Source: Mycobacterium leprae TN
GTDB taxonomy: Bacteria; Actinomycetota; Actinomycetes; Mycobacteriales; Mycobacteriaceae
Length of the DNA: 32,000 nucleotides
Reading direction: 5' to 3'
Assembly (NCBI RefSeq): GCF_000195855.1
Contig: NC_002677.1
Location: 930,001-962,000, forward strand
A program made the position numbers and the translations under genes. How positions within the stretch are numbered: position 1 is the stretch's first letter; every line of letters begins with the position of its first letter. The notes beneath the pieces are model-generated. The model was not told where the DNA came from, ran no database searches, and was given only the letters and a program-made list of their open reading frames with translations. Shown piece after piece: positions 11,331-21,837 of the stretch.

Positions 11331-12249
11331 CGGATACTGGCTGTTAGGGTCCTTGGCGTCATCGCGCTGTCACGGCTAGTTGGTGGGCTTACTGTTTTAG
11401 CGGTGACGTCGTCGGTGCCATGAGTGGCAGTCCACATCATAATCATTCCCTTCGTGCAAGCTCCGCGGTCAGGTGTTCCTCATCAATTCCATTCAGTTGA
11501 CCGGAGTTACTAAGCAGGGCCAACTAGTCTGTGTCGATGCAACCGCTGACGCTGACATGCCGACTTACGTTGGTTCCTTCATAGAGGCTGCCCGCGGGAT
11601 AGTGTTGGGGCGGATTCCGCGGGCGACGGATAGAAGAGTTGTCCGATGAGTCTGCGTATTGTGCGACGGAGCTAGCGACGTCTGCGTACTCACCAACTGT
11701 CGACGTGGCGGCCACTGACGCTGGTGCAGGAATCGACCTAGGCGACTGATAGGGGCAGTGATGTTGGAGGCCCCAGCCGCTATGGCCAGCGCCACCATCG
11801 ACGCCGCGGCTGATAGCCGGTACCGTGCGCGCCACAATACGTTATGCCTCTGCTTGCCACTACTTTTCGACTAGGCGGTGTCGCTCACATTTGATCTCTT
11901 CGTGGGTGGATTGGGAAATTTTGAGCCGGTGTTCGGCTCTTTGACCAATATCGGCTGGCGGCGGCCGCAGTCACGGCGGATAAGTACCGAATTTATGGAA
12001 GAAATGTTGTCCTCAGTTTAGATGAGGACAGTGAACTCTTCGACTCCGGCAAGCAGAGCACGATAGGTACCGTGCGGCACTAGCTATCGGCATTTATTTA
12101 GCGACCAACCCGACTTCGGAGCTGAGTGATTCCGGGCGATTAGCGATAACTCGGTCTATGGTGACAAATTGCCGCGATGGTTGGTGAGAAGCAACAACAA
12201 CTGGGCACCCATCTTTCTTGTGGATCGGATTCAGCCAACTTGGCAGAGA

Positions 12250-12893
12250 GCATTTGGAGCAGCCCATGACCTACCGCACTGACCAGATCAGCGTCTTAGC
12301 CGACGATTACCCGGTTACCCGCCCAGGTGTGGTGCGCACCCTAACGTCTAGCGGACGAGTGGAGGTTTCCGACGGCCGCATGGTGCTGCCCGCCATCCGG
12401 GAACTGCAGCCAGTGGTCGCCTTTTCGACTACAAGAGCCTGAGCTAGCTGGCCTTGAAATTACTCATGAGATTACACGTAATCGTTTATCCGCTCAGGTA
12501 GTATGGCTGAGCGCATTTGATGACGGTTCTGCTAGCCTATCACGCTTTGACCGGTGGCGTTTCAGGCTATTTGACTAAGGAATTCGATAGCGACAAGATC
12601 GTCGACGCTGTGGTCAAAGTCCGTACCTGCCCACCGGGTCAGCCGGGTGGTTGGTCCATGAAGTCAAACAACGGGCCAGAGGAACGGCGGCGTTTTTGAG
12701 TCGAGTGCGAGACCCAGGTGGTGGCTATAATGGTCAACGGGTATAGCCGGTTTCGGAAATTGCTACGCGACTTCTTCATTTTCATTGGACGCCTGAGCAC
12801 AGTTTGAGACGCATGTGCAGCACCTGTGCGACAAACTTAGTGTCTCGGATCGGGGGAGCTGCCTTGTCAGAGGTTATGCGTTGTAGATTTGGT
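12250..12893 (+). pseudogene. NarL/LuxR-family two-component response regulator pseudogene
   Basis: 'ISVLADDYPVTRPGVVRTLTSSGRVEVSDGR', 'GVSGYLTKEFDSDKIVDAVVKV', and C-terminal 'THVQHLCDKLSVSDRGAALSEVMRCRF' in separate frames. Confidence 0.8.
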
Positions 12894-13975
12894 GCAATGA
12901 CCTTTCGTGGGTCGGTGTCGGTCGACGTCCTTCATAATCAAATTTAGGCGCGAGCTATTCCGCCTAAGAACCCATCTCCGAACATCACGTCTCTCGGTCT
13001 GGTGCATGTTCATGCCCCGGAGTCAACACGGGCGTCGTAGCGAGGGCTGGTTAGCAAGACGAGTCGGGAAGGCGGCGCCGGGCTTGACGTTGTGGTAGCG
13101 AGGGTAGCACAGGAGCGTGTTGTCGTCTTCGGGGTTGTTGGGATCGTTGAATTCTTTTGTCCATAAGGCTCCGGCTTCAAGTCATGAGTAGCTGATCATG
13201 TCGGTGGGTGGACGAGAGTAGACTGTGGCCGCGTAAAGGTGTAGGTCGTGGGTGAGCGTGACAGCGATGGTGAATTCGCTGTGTAGGGCTCTCCGGAGCT
13301 GGCCAGCTGGCGGGAGTGGTCGAACCGCTGCTGTCCAGCCATCGTGCGGTGGCGTCGAAGTCGCTGAGGGCTTTGTTGCGGATGTGCGCCGCAGCACGTC
13401 ACCAGCTGCCGTGTGACCCCGCCACCGGGAATCCTGGCGATAGCATAGATTCCGCCCGCCTTGACCTAAGGCCAGCACCGAGGGACTGTAGGCGGCGGCT
13501 TACGCTCTGAGGTCACCGTAAGCGCACAGGATTCTCGGGCACGGTCCGTCGGTGATCCCGTCAGGCCACGGTCAGATAGATCGGCATGCGGATGTTGTCG
13601 TCGGCGGAGTAGATCATCCGATGCATCGTGGTGGCTGCGCCGGTGGGCGACGGGGCATCATCCGCATCGTCAAGGTGGACGAGTCGATCCGCAAGGTCGA
13701 GCCGGTACACCGCCGCGGGGGCGTGAATTTGGTATATAGAAACCAGGCCAGTACGAAATAACCTGGCATGCTGGCCAAGTTGGTCAGTGTACTTGGGCCT
13801 GACCCCGGTGTTGGCACACCGTAGGGAGGTTGGCCATGCATGTCGTACAACACCAGCAGAGGTTCCTCAGATGCGCTGCTAATGGCTAAAGAAACGCAGC
13901 TGTTCGTGGCTGGGTTCGATCAATGCGGTACATCCAGTGGGCACGTTCCCGAGGCGGCAGGGTGACCATGGTGCG

Positions 13976-14308
13976 CTACGCATCGTGGGTGGGGCAGCTC
14001 GGATCGACGAGGCAGACCCGGCCAGCCGGTGTATCTCGGATGGTGATCTCATACATCAGATTTCGTGCTCCAACTTTGAGCAGTGCCTGATTGCCATCTA
14101 CCGTGTCGTCGTATAGCCCCAGCAGCCCTGGGGCGCGGCTGTTCCCGTCGACTAGGTAAATTCCTGTTGCTCCAGCCATCGCGCTAATCACAGCCACCAC
14201 ATTATCGCCGCTGACCGTCGTCACTAATTGGCGTAGCGGTGTCTGGAACACCACCGTCTCGGGTGTGGTCTGGTCGTCGAGATGATGCACGCGGATCTGC
14301 GCGATCAC
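13976..14308 (-). other. Unassigned coding-like ORF (110 aa)
   Basis: ORF 'MIAQIRVHHLDDQTTPETVVFQTPLRQLVTTVSGDNVVAVISAMAGATGIYLVDGNSRAPGLLGLYDDTVDGNQALLKVGARNLMYEITIRD...' looks protein-like but was not recognised; could be a pseudogene fragment. Confidence 0.3.
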
Positions 14309-14340
14309 AAGCCGATTGCTCCACGAGGGATGGCACGCGT

Positions 14341-14953
14341 CTAGCGTGGTGAGGCCGCAAGGATCGATCTAGCAACACGCGATCTGGATCCGAGCCCTCT
14401 GTGATTATGAGAATTGGCGGCTCTTGACCCGAACGGCGGCGCAGGAAAAACTGCGGTGGGGTTGTACGGTGGCAATTTCGCTGCGGTGGCCGAAACGGCG
14501 GCGTATGCATACATGGCGGTGACATCCTGGTCTACAGCTTGGCGTAGTGTGCTTAGGTGACTGCGATCACGGGGGTGTTTTGCTCGAGGATGTTGGTCGC
14601 ATTCAGCGAAGCTAACTGGACACGGTTGGCCGCGATCACCACCGGCGGAAACCGTCATGGCGAAAGCTGCTTCAAAGGCTGCCGTGGCGGCCTTGGCCTG
14701 GGAGCCCGCTTGCGCAGCGTGGGTAGTGGTGCTACTTATCCACGCTGACGACGGATGTGATTGATATTGAATCAGCCTTGCCACGGCGCACGCCGGCCAG
14801 CGCAGCGGTCACAGTGACGTAGGAGGCTACTGCCGAGTGTAATTCGGTGGCCAATTCGTCCCAGACTGCTACGGCCGCCATCATCGGTCCTGAACCTGGA
14901 TCGGCATACATTCTGGGGGAGTTGATTTCCGGAGGTAACGTTGCGAAATCCAT
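14341..14953 (-). pseudogene. PPE family protein pseudogene
   Basis: ATG at 14953 gives '[45 protein letters not shown]' (PPE N-terminus); further 'AAQAGSQAKAATAAFEAAFAMTV' and 'VDQDVTAMYAYAAVSATAAKLPPYNPT' in another frame. Confidence 0.9.
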
Positions 14954-16523
14954 CAAATAGCGCCCGCTCCTGCTCGGTGCGAAACGGTTGGGCGAATGTC
15001 GATGCCCTGAAGTAAGGTGGGTGCACCAAACCGGGTCAGCATCAGCGGATGATGCGGGAGCCTTAGCAGCGGCTGCATGATGATGTCCGACGGAGTAGTG
15101 CAGCACACCAGTGCTGCGGTTGACGTCGTCGACGGCCTCTAGCACGGTGACTTGGAAGCCCTGGCTTGGCCGGGTCGATGGCCGCGGCAAGCCCGTTGGG
15201 CCTGCCGCCTGCCACTAGCGCGGTACTCAGCCAGCGCTCCGTGAGAGCTTACCTCACCGGTCGCAGTCCGGCATTGTTCGCGATGATTGTGCGCGATGCT
15301 AAACTATATCTCCTTGGTCATTTTCTTTATATTAACTTTGGTTAATTATATTGGAACGATAAACATCGAACAGACCGTTTATAAAGTCCATTGAACCAAT
15401 TTGCGTTAAATGCATGGAAGTTGCTATTTATTACTGGTTTCCTGGTAGTATAATTCGATACTTTTAGTGCCGGCCTGGACGGGAAAGACACTGCTTATAG
15501 TAGGTGCTTTTTGGTATTTACTCGATGGAGTAAGGAATTGTCTATGTGTTCGCCACATTCGGCCATGGACCGGTGCTGGCCGATCGTTGGCCAGCTAATC
15601 CGGTTCTAGCGCAGCTTGCTGGGCGGTGAGTAGCCGCGCGTCATGAGGACCGACTAGTAGGCTTTCTGCCGGTGCGGTTGCGGGTCATCGGGTCGGTGCT
15701 GAACAGGTACTCAACACAGATATAGGCAGGCGACAATGTGAACGTGGAAGAGTACCCCGATCAGACGGGCAACGTTACCGAGCGGGTTCGTTGCCTCACG
15801 CCTTGACGAAGCAGTATCTCTGGTACGAGATTGCAGGTTCCGGAGGGTCTTCGAAGGTAATGCGGGCTGTAAGTGGCGCAGGGATACCAATTGAATGTGG
15901 ATACCAATGAATGGGCATCGTCCGTGCAATCACGGCCATGAATTTTCTATCCTGATCCCGCACATAACTTCCGCACCGATTACCCTTTGCGAAAGCAAGC
16001 ATCCGGATCGGGGCGTCGGCCGGGTGCAAGGTGCGGATGAGATATGAGGCTCCGGCGCCGTGTCTGGAGCCAACCTATAGTACCCGTTTGTCGCTGAGGT
16101 CCATCTGATGTTGCCCGTACGGCGGTAGAGCGGGATACAGGTCCGGTTGGGCTCGTTGGAGGCCGTTAACGCCACCTTACTTTATTAGCGGATCCTCCTC
16201 GTAGTCCTAAGCTAGGAACACACCATCTTTGGTGCCGCGTTGGCGGATGTCGTATGAGTAGCTAGGTCGCAGATACTTCCATCATGGCCTTCCACGCGAT
16301 CTGCTGGAGATTTACTCGTCTGTTCTTCATACCTTGGCGCCACATGCTCATTATTTTTATTTCCTGCTCTGTCTTGTTACCCGGGCTTTTCGCTGCTCCG
16401 AAACATCTGCTCCCGGAATTTCGGCATCCAAATCGTAAAGATTTACTTTGCCTTTGGCTTTCCGGTTGCTCGATCGTTATCGGGTACGTGCGTAATCTTG
16501 TGACAGCATGCTACTCGTCAAGC

Positions 16524-18302
16524 TCAACGAGACGTCATCTCCACCTGGCGTATCGTTTCGATCCAGGTTCCCAAACCATCCTCGTCGCGTTGCTGTGCTC
16601 GGATGACCGGATAGTATTGTGCCACACCCCCAACCAATTCTTTCAACGCCTTCCTTGTCTTTCGCTTGAGGGAGGTGTATTCAACGGCTAAACCAGTGGC
16701 CAGATGCGGGTCATAGGGCATCGGATAGAAATCCGGGACCCGCTTCCTGAATTGGTTCTCGACGATTCCGAAATCCACAAAGGGCTTGGTTTTTTGAATT
16801 GCGTTGAGAACTACCACCGTGTGCTGAAGCAGCCTAGCATACCCATGGGCATCCAGCCAGTCCAGGGTGGCCAACGCTCCTTCGACACCACGCACGTCGT
16901 CGGATGCCACCACAACCAGGCCAGTGACTGTGCTGACAATCTTGTTGAACAATGGCCCGTTGACCGGGGTTCCACAATCAAGCAATATCACGTTGCAGTG
17001 ATTTTCCAGGATCTTCATTGCAGTCTCATAGTCATCAGGACCAAGCCTGTATGTGGACCGCGGATCATTCTGGGCACCAAGCATTTCTAGCCGGTCATTG
17101 TTCATAACGGTGTGTACACGCACATCCGCGTAGCGTTTGGCGTTCCGTGCTGACACGAAATGTTCGATATTGGTCTGCGGTCCACCGCGCTCACGGAATC
17201 GTGCCGAAAGATCCCCCAGATCGGCATCGACATCCACGGCAATTACCCGATCGCCGCGGAGCCGGGCCATGGTATTGCCCAGCGCCACCGTGATCGTGGT
17301 CTTACCCACGCCGCCCTTGGCGGAGACGAACGCTACTTTGTGGACATCGGCCAGCGGAGCGCAGATACGGCGATGCAATTCATTCGTCTGCTCGGCCTTG
17401 GCGCTTGGTTCCGGATTTACCCGACCTAAAGTCGCTTTGGTCACAAACTTGCGCCAACCGTCCCCGGCTGCAGGACGCCGACGAGCCACCAGGAGATCAC
17501 GTCCGTCGTCGTAGGGATGCCGAAACGTGGTCGGTTGCGGGCGGCTAGCCGGCTCGGCCGTGTTGTGTGTAGTTGGGATGTCGTTGACGGGAGCGGCAGT
17601 GAGGGCGGCCCTGGCAGCGTTATCGTCTCCCAGTTCCCGCAGGCACCACGCCCTGTTAAGCGCCACGTCAGCGGCCACCTGTGGGTTGGTGGTCGAGACT
17701 CTTTCGGTGAGTTCCAACGCGAACTGGAACTGGCCCAAATTCGATGCGGCGGTTGAAGCGAGTGCCGCCACGGCGTCGGTGAGTTCATTGCGATCATCGG
17801 TGTTGCTGTTCTGTGGCGGGACCTCGGCAACTTTCAAAACGTTAGACCAGGAGCGAGTCTGGTGGAACAACGTTGCCATGACGAACTGGCGGGCTAGGGC
17901 AGCGTCATCGTCCTCGGTGACAACTGGATCATCGAGAGCTACTGACGCTTCATCGTAGCGGCCTGCGTTAATAAGTGCGCTGGCGTATGCAAGGCCGATA
18001 GTAGCACGCGACCATGTCGTCAATGTCAGATACATCGGTGCAGCGATCTCGGCGCGCAGATCACCGTCTTTGAGTCCGACGCGGCGGGTTTCAGAGTACA
18101 GCACTTCCGAGTGCTGGTGGGCTCCGGCCAAAGTGTCGAGATTATGGTCGCCGCAAGCTAGGCGCCCCAACCAGCTGTCGGACATGTCGGGGTTCTCAAC
18201 GGTGAGACGCGCGAAAGCGGCCCCAGCGCTGGTCTTGTCTCCGGACTGGTAACTTGCCACGGCGGCGTCGAACATGGTGCGTCGTTCTCTAAAAGTAGTC
18301 AT
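16524..18302 (-). CDS. Putative ESX-associated ATPase: N-terminal EccA-like TPR region plus C-terminal EspI/MinD/ParA-like ATPase
   Basis: 592-aa ORF with AGGAG about 9 nt upstream. N-terminus 'NPDMSDSWLGRLACGD...DLRAEIAAPMYLTLTTWSRATIGLAYASALINAGRYDEASVAL' resembles the EccA TPR domain; C-terminus 'KVAFVSAKGGVGKTTITVALGNTMARLRGDRVIAVDVDADLGDLS...VILLDCGTPVNGPLFNKIVSTVTGLVVVAS' resembles EspI. Confidence 0.85.
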   Translation of the reverse strand: MTTFRERRTMFDAAVASYQSGDKTSAGAAFARLTVENPDMSDSWLGRLACGDHNLDTLAGAHQHSEVLYSETRRVGLKDGDLRAEIAAPMYLTLTTWSRATIGLAYASALINAGRYDEASVALDDPVVTEDDDAALARQFVMATLFHQTRSWSNVLKVAEVPPQNSNTDDRNELTDAVAALASTAASNLGQFQFALELTERVSTTNPQVAADVALNRAWCLRELGDDNAARAALTAAPVNDIPTTHNTAEPASRPQPTTFRHPYDDGRDLLVARRRPAAGDGWRKFVTKATLGRVNPEPSAKAEQTNELHRRICAPLADVHKVAFVSAKGGVGKTTITVALGNTMARLRGDRVIAVDVDADLGDLSARFRERGGPQTNIEHFVSARNAKRYADVRVHTVMNNDRLEMLGAQNDPRSTYRLGPDDYETAMKILENHCNVILLDCGTPVNGPLFNKIVSTVTGLVVVASDDVRGVEGALATLDWLDAHGYARLLQHTVVVLNAIQKTKPFVDFGIVENQFRKRVPDFYPMPYDPHLATGLAVEYTSLKRKTRKALKELVGGVAQYYPVIRAQQRDEDGLGTWIETIRQVEMTSR

Positions 18303-18437
18303 TGGCTATTGCTCCTGGTCAATGGTCGGCTGCAGAGCCTACTGCAATGCAACCGAGTTTGCAGACGCGCCCATTGCCCAGTCTTACTGGCGCTTGCCGC
18401 GATTTGCTGGTATTTGCCTATTCCGATCGCGGCCCAG

Positions 18438-18469
18438 AATAGTGACGTTGTGTAATAGTGACGTTGTGT
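18438..18469. repeat. Two tandem copies of a 16-bp direct repeat
   Basis: aatagtgacgttgtgt x2, about 136 nt upstream of the 18302 start codon. Confidence 0.9.
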
Positions 18470-18930
18470 GAGTTCAACACGGTTTGATGTGGCCGTTAAT
18501 TGAGGGTTGAGACATCTTCGGCTACGTGGATCGTGACGGGTGTAGTTTGTGGGTTCCCGCGAGGCGGTGGAACTCTATAGGTGTGGTGCGACCAGACGGC
18601 CGCGATAGCCGTCTGCTCCGGAGCCGACAGGTTTTGTCGTTTGGAACGCGGTTATTTCACCGCAGTGTCGACAGCTGATGGCGCTGTGGATCGCCGCTGG
18701 TCTATGTCTAGGTGTAGTGGGTCAAGGCTGTTGCGCCGTCAATGGTCTGCTGCTCGATGTTTCGCGATGTGCTATGGGGTTGTCTGTGTGACAGTCACAC
18801 GAACTGTCACTTAATGTGATCCATATCATAAATTTGTTGATTGATCAATATGCGGGTTGGCGCTTCTGATATGGCTGCGCAGTTGAGAAAAGCTAGGGTG
18901 ATGGGCGCTCATAGTCAGCAGCTGTGTTAC

Positions 18931-18966
<36 letters not shown>

Positions 18967-19139
18967 CCCTAGGGAGTTCCCGAAATCCCGAATCCAGCCA
19001 TCGAGCCAGACGGGCTCGCCGCACTGCTGGACCTGCTTGCTCACCAGCACCGCTCGGCCGATCGCCAGCCGGATGGATGCCGAACATAACCTGGTTCGCC
19101 TCGGCATCCTGGCGCAAGGAGTCGATGCCGCTTACCGGC

Positions 19140-19517
19140 GTTGCAAAGCACCCGGTCCCAGCTCAACGCTGAGGTGTCCACAACCGTCCGCAACCGCTTC
19201 CACTGACCAGAAGGGAAGACCCCGCCGACGACATAGCTAGTAGCCCGCTGAGCGGCAGCGGGTTCGGCCGTGTTGGCTTTGGTCACACCGGGCGCCGCGG
19301 CAGTCTCCTTCAGCGACAATCGGGACGGTGCCGACAGTATCGCGATGGCTAGCTCGCGAGGTAGCGCGATAATCAGTGTTTTTGAATACCTGCTCAGACG
19401 CGGTGTCAGGGTATTGCGAGATAGGTTGTTAACGGTGTCGAATTGCAAGATCTCGTGTAGTAAGATGGCTTGTATCAGTGCTACGGGTCCTGGGGCTGCA
19501 AATCTAGTAGCGTTCAT
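19140..19517 (-). pseudogene. YbaK/EbsC-type aminoacyl-tRNA deacylase domain pseudogene (Rv3224A/B-like)
   Basis: 'RYSKTLIIALPRELAIAILSAPSRLSLKETAAAPGVTKANTAEPAAAQRATSYVVGGVFPSGQWKRLRTVVDTSALSWDRVLCNAGKR' matches the YbaK pattern; N- and C-terminal parts degraded. Confidence 0.7.
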
Positions 19518-19544
19518 ATGCTTAGGGCTGGGGGTAGCCCGGCC

Positions 19545-20350
19545 GGTTGGCCTCTTCCACCCTAGAGGTCGACGCTGAGTTTCCTGCTCGACACGCAGTT
19601 GTAGACCGACAAGTTGGTGACGCTGGACTCCACCAACACATCTTGCTTACAGCACGGAGTTGCAGGTGTATTTTTTGGGCCGGTTTGTTGAAGAGCGCGT
19701 AAGATACATCGGCATATACCTCGGGTTGCCCGAGTTCGCGCCATCGCCTCGTCGCCGCCAAGCAGGTTCTGCATCCCCGCGGGGGCCACCAGCGTGCGTG
19801 GCTACAACGTGTTTCGACGCGATACCGGCGTCACGCATCTTCTCAGCGATCCCGAGCGCGCACAGCGTTATGCCCAACCCCAACTTGGGATATCAAGTTA
19901 GGCCGTCGGTGTCAGCCACTTCTTGTTGTTGGGGCAGTATCGGCGGTGACAACGTTAGGATGTGCGGGTTCTTCTGGCGGTTCTTCGTGTGTGGGATGCA
20001 CGCTTGTGACGCCGTGGGCGTAATAGGAACATCGTTGATGGGTCCCAGGTTGATTGCTGACGGGTTGTTGACGCAGATATCGATGCCGCCGAACTGCTCG
20101 ACGGTCTTGGCCACCGCAGACTCGACGGAATCTAGGTTGCGGATGTCCCCGACGATCGGCAGTGCTTGGTCGCTCGTGTTCTCGAGCTCCTTGCCCACGG
20201 GGAAGACCGCGCCAGGCAGCTTGGACTGTGACTCGGCGGTCTCGACGATCAGGGCCATGCTGGCATCACCATGTGCAGCCCGTTTTGGCGGTCGCAAGGC
20301 CGATGCCGCGACTGGTGCCCGAGATGAACTATGGTCTTGCTATTGAGAGA
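19545..20350 (-). pseudogene. Short-chain dehydrogenase/reductase pseudogene (Rv3224-like)
   Basis: 'ALIVETAESQSKLPGAVFPVGKELENTSDQALPIVGDIRNLDSVESAVAKTVEQFGGIDICVNNPSAINLGPI', 'SQACIPHTKNRQKNPHILTLSPPIL', 'MGLGITLCALGIAEKMRDAGIAS', 'QDVLVESSVTNLSVYNC' in several frames; N-terminal cofactor motif missing. Confidence 0.85.
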
Positions 20351-20539
20351 CATGGCGTCACACTAAACGCCGTTTCCGATTTGGCTGGATTGTGGTACCT
20401 AACCCAGTTCGTTGATCATTGGCACTCGGAAATAGTCCGCTGGCCAGCGCTGTCCGGTGTCACTGCAACCAAAAGGGCCGGGTTAATCGAGACGGCGCGA
20501 GCCGGGTAGGAAGTTTTTCGAGCCTGGCCGCCAGAGGAG

Positions 20540-21150
20540 ACCGATGACGAAAAGCCTACTGTGCGTTTTGAGCGCAAAGCGATTCCCGTGTGGGGTCAAC
20601 TCTAATGGTGGTGTACTGGGTATAACGCGTATAACGCGCAATCCCGTCGATGCCGAGGACCGTCTCCAGGAGGCGACGGTGACAGTCTACTCAGGTGTCG
20701 CTTGTTCCGCACGGGCATGAATCTCGAGGCGAGGCTATACCGGATGCTGAAGAACACGTGCTATCAACAGCTATGGCGAGAAGCAGTGGCAGCCAGGCGA
20801 CGAGATCACCGATTGGCAATTGGCGTCGAACGCCGATCATTCCTTAGTCTGCCGATCATTCCTTAGTCTGGCTGTGCTCGGCCGAAGTCGAAGCTCTTGA
20901 GACGTTACTGGACATCGAGATCAAACGAGCGCTGCAGGCATTGCCAGAAAAGTTCCGAATGGCAGTCTACTAGGCTGACGTTGAGGGTTTCCCTGCAAGG
21001 AGATCGCCTAGATTTAGTATACCCCAATTGGGGGACTACGATGACGCGGCTTCATCGCGGCAGACGTCACTGTAGTGTTCAGTGTTCTTATTGTGGCCAA
21101 GGAGCGGGGTTTCGTCCACGTCTTGCAGGCTCTACCAAGGAGGTGTCGTC
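20540..21150 (+). pseudogene. sigH: ECF sigma factor SigH pseudogene
   Basis: 'PTVRFERKAIPVWGQL', '[13 protein letters not shown]', '[27 protein letters not shown]', 'TMTRLHRGRR' match SigH in order with stops and frameshifts; located just upstream of rshA-like sequence. Confidence 0.85.
20832..20869. repeat. 19-bp perfect tandem duplication within sigH pseudogene
   Basis: gccgatcattccttagtct at 20832-20850 and 20851-20869. Confidence 0.95.
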
Positions 21151-21447
21151 ATGAGTGAATTATCCGGTCCAGGCGCCGAGGACAGCGATTATCGCGATAG
21201 CGTCGGTTGCGCCGGAAGTATATTGTCAGGATTATGGCATCACTGCTTGACGGTGAATGCACCGCTGAGATTCGAGAGAGGTTGCGCGAACACATGGTAG
21301 GCATGCTCTGGATGCCTGAAGCATTGCGGGCTGGAAGAGCGGATCAAAGCATTGATCGCGACGCAGTGCAAAGGCAACAATGTTCCTGAAGGCCTACGGG
21401 AACGCCTCAAACGCGAGATCTGCAAAACTACCATCATCCATGATATA
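21150..21447 (+). pseudogene. rshA: Anti-sigma factor RshA pseudogene
   Basis: 'MSELSGPGAEDSDYRDSVGCAG', then frame change to 'DGECTAEIRERLREHM', then 'GLRERLKREICKTTII'; overlaps/abuts sigH as in M. tuberculosis. Confidence 0.8.
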
Positions 21448-21837
21448 CTGTAACAGTCACGTCCGGTTGTGATTTGTTGAGTTCTCCCGCAAGTGGAAGG
21501 TGGCAACTGCAGTCCTATAACACATAAATGCAGATGCGATGAGCATAGTAGCTAGGTTAAGACAGTTCGGTTGCCGTGGTTGACTTTGCTGCGTTTGCGT
21601 GTTGTGTTTCTTGTGGGCTTAGGGAAACCTCCGTTGTTGCCCCAAAATCTAGGGGATCGGCACCCATCATGTTGCTGGTCAGTGTCTCATGGTGTCGTTC
21701 TTGCAGTGTCTCACGGGGTGCCACTAGCCCACGTGTCGTCGTGACTCGATCTTATGGTTCGATATGTTATTGCGCCTGATCAAGCTTGAGATACCAGCAG
21801 CCAGCATGCGCCAGTGGCCGAAATGAGTGGAGTGAAG

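Noticed and set aside
16284-16691. Plus-strand 135-aa ORF with hydrophobic stretches (possible membrane protein)
   Set aside because: Overlaps the 3' end of the intact minus-strand ATPase gene and has no recognisable motif; likely chance reading frame in degraded sequence.
20629-20650. Short repeat gtataacgc x2 in the sigH pseudogene
   Set aside because: Only 9 bp and two copies; too short to separate from chance, although it may be another slippage event.
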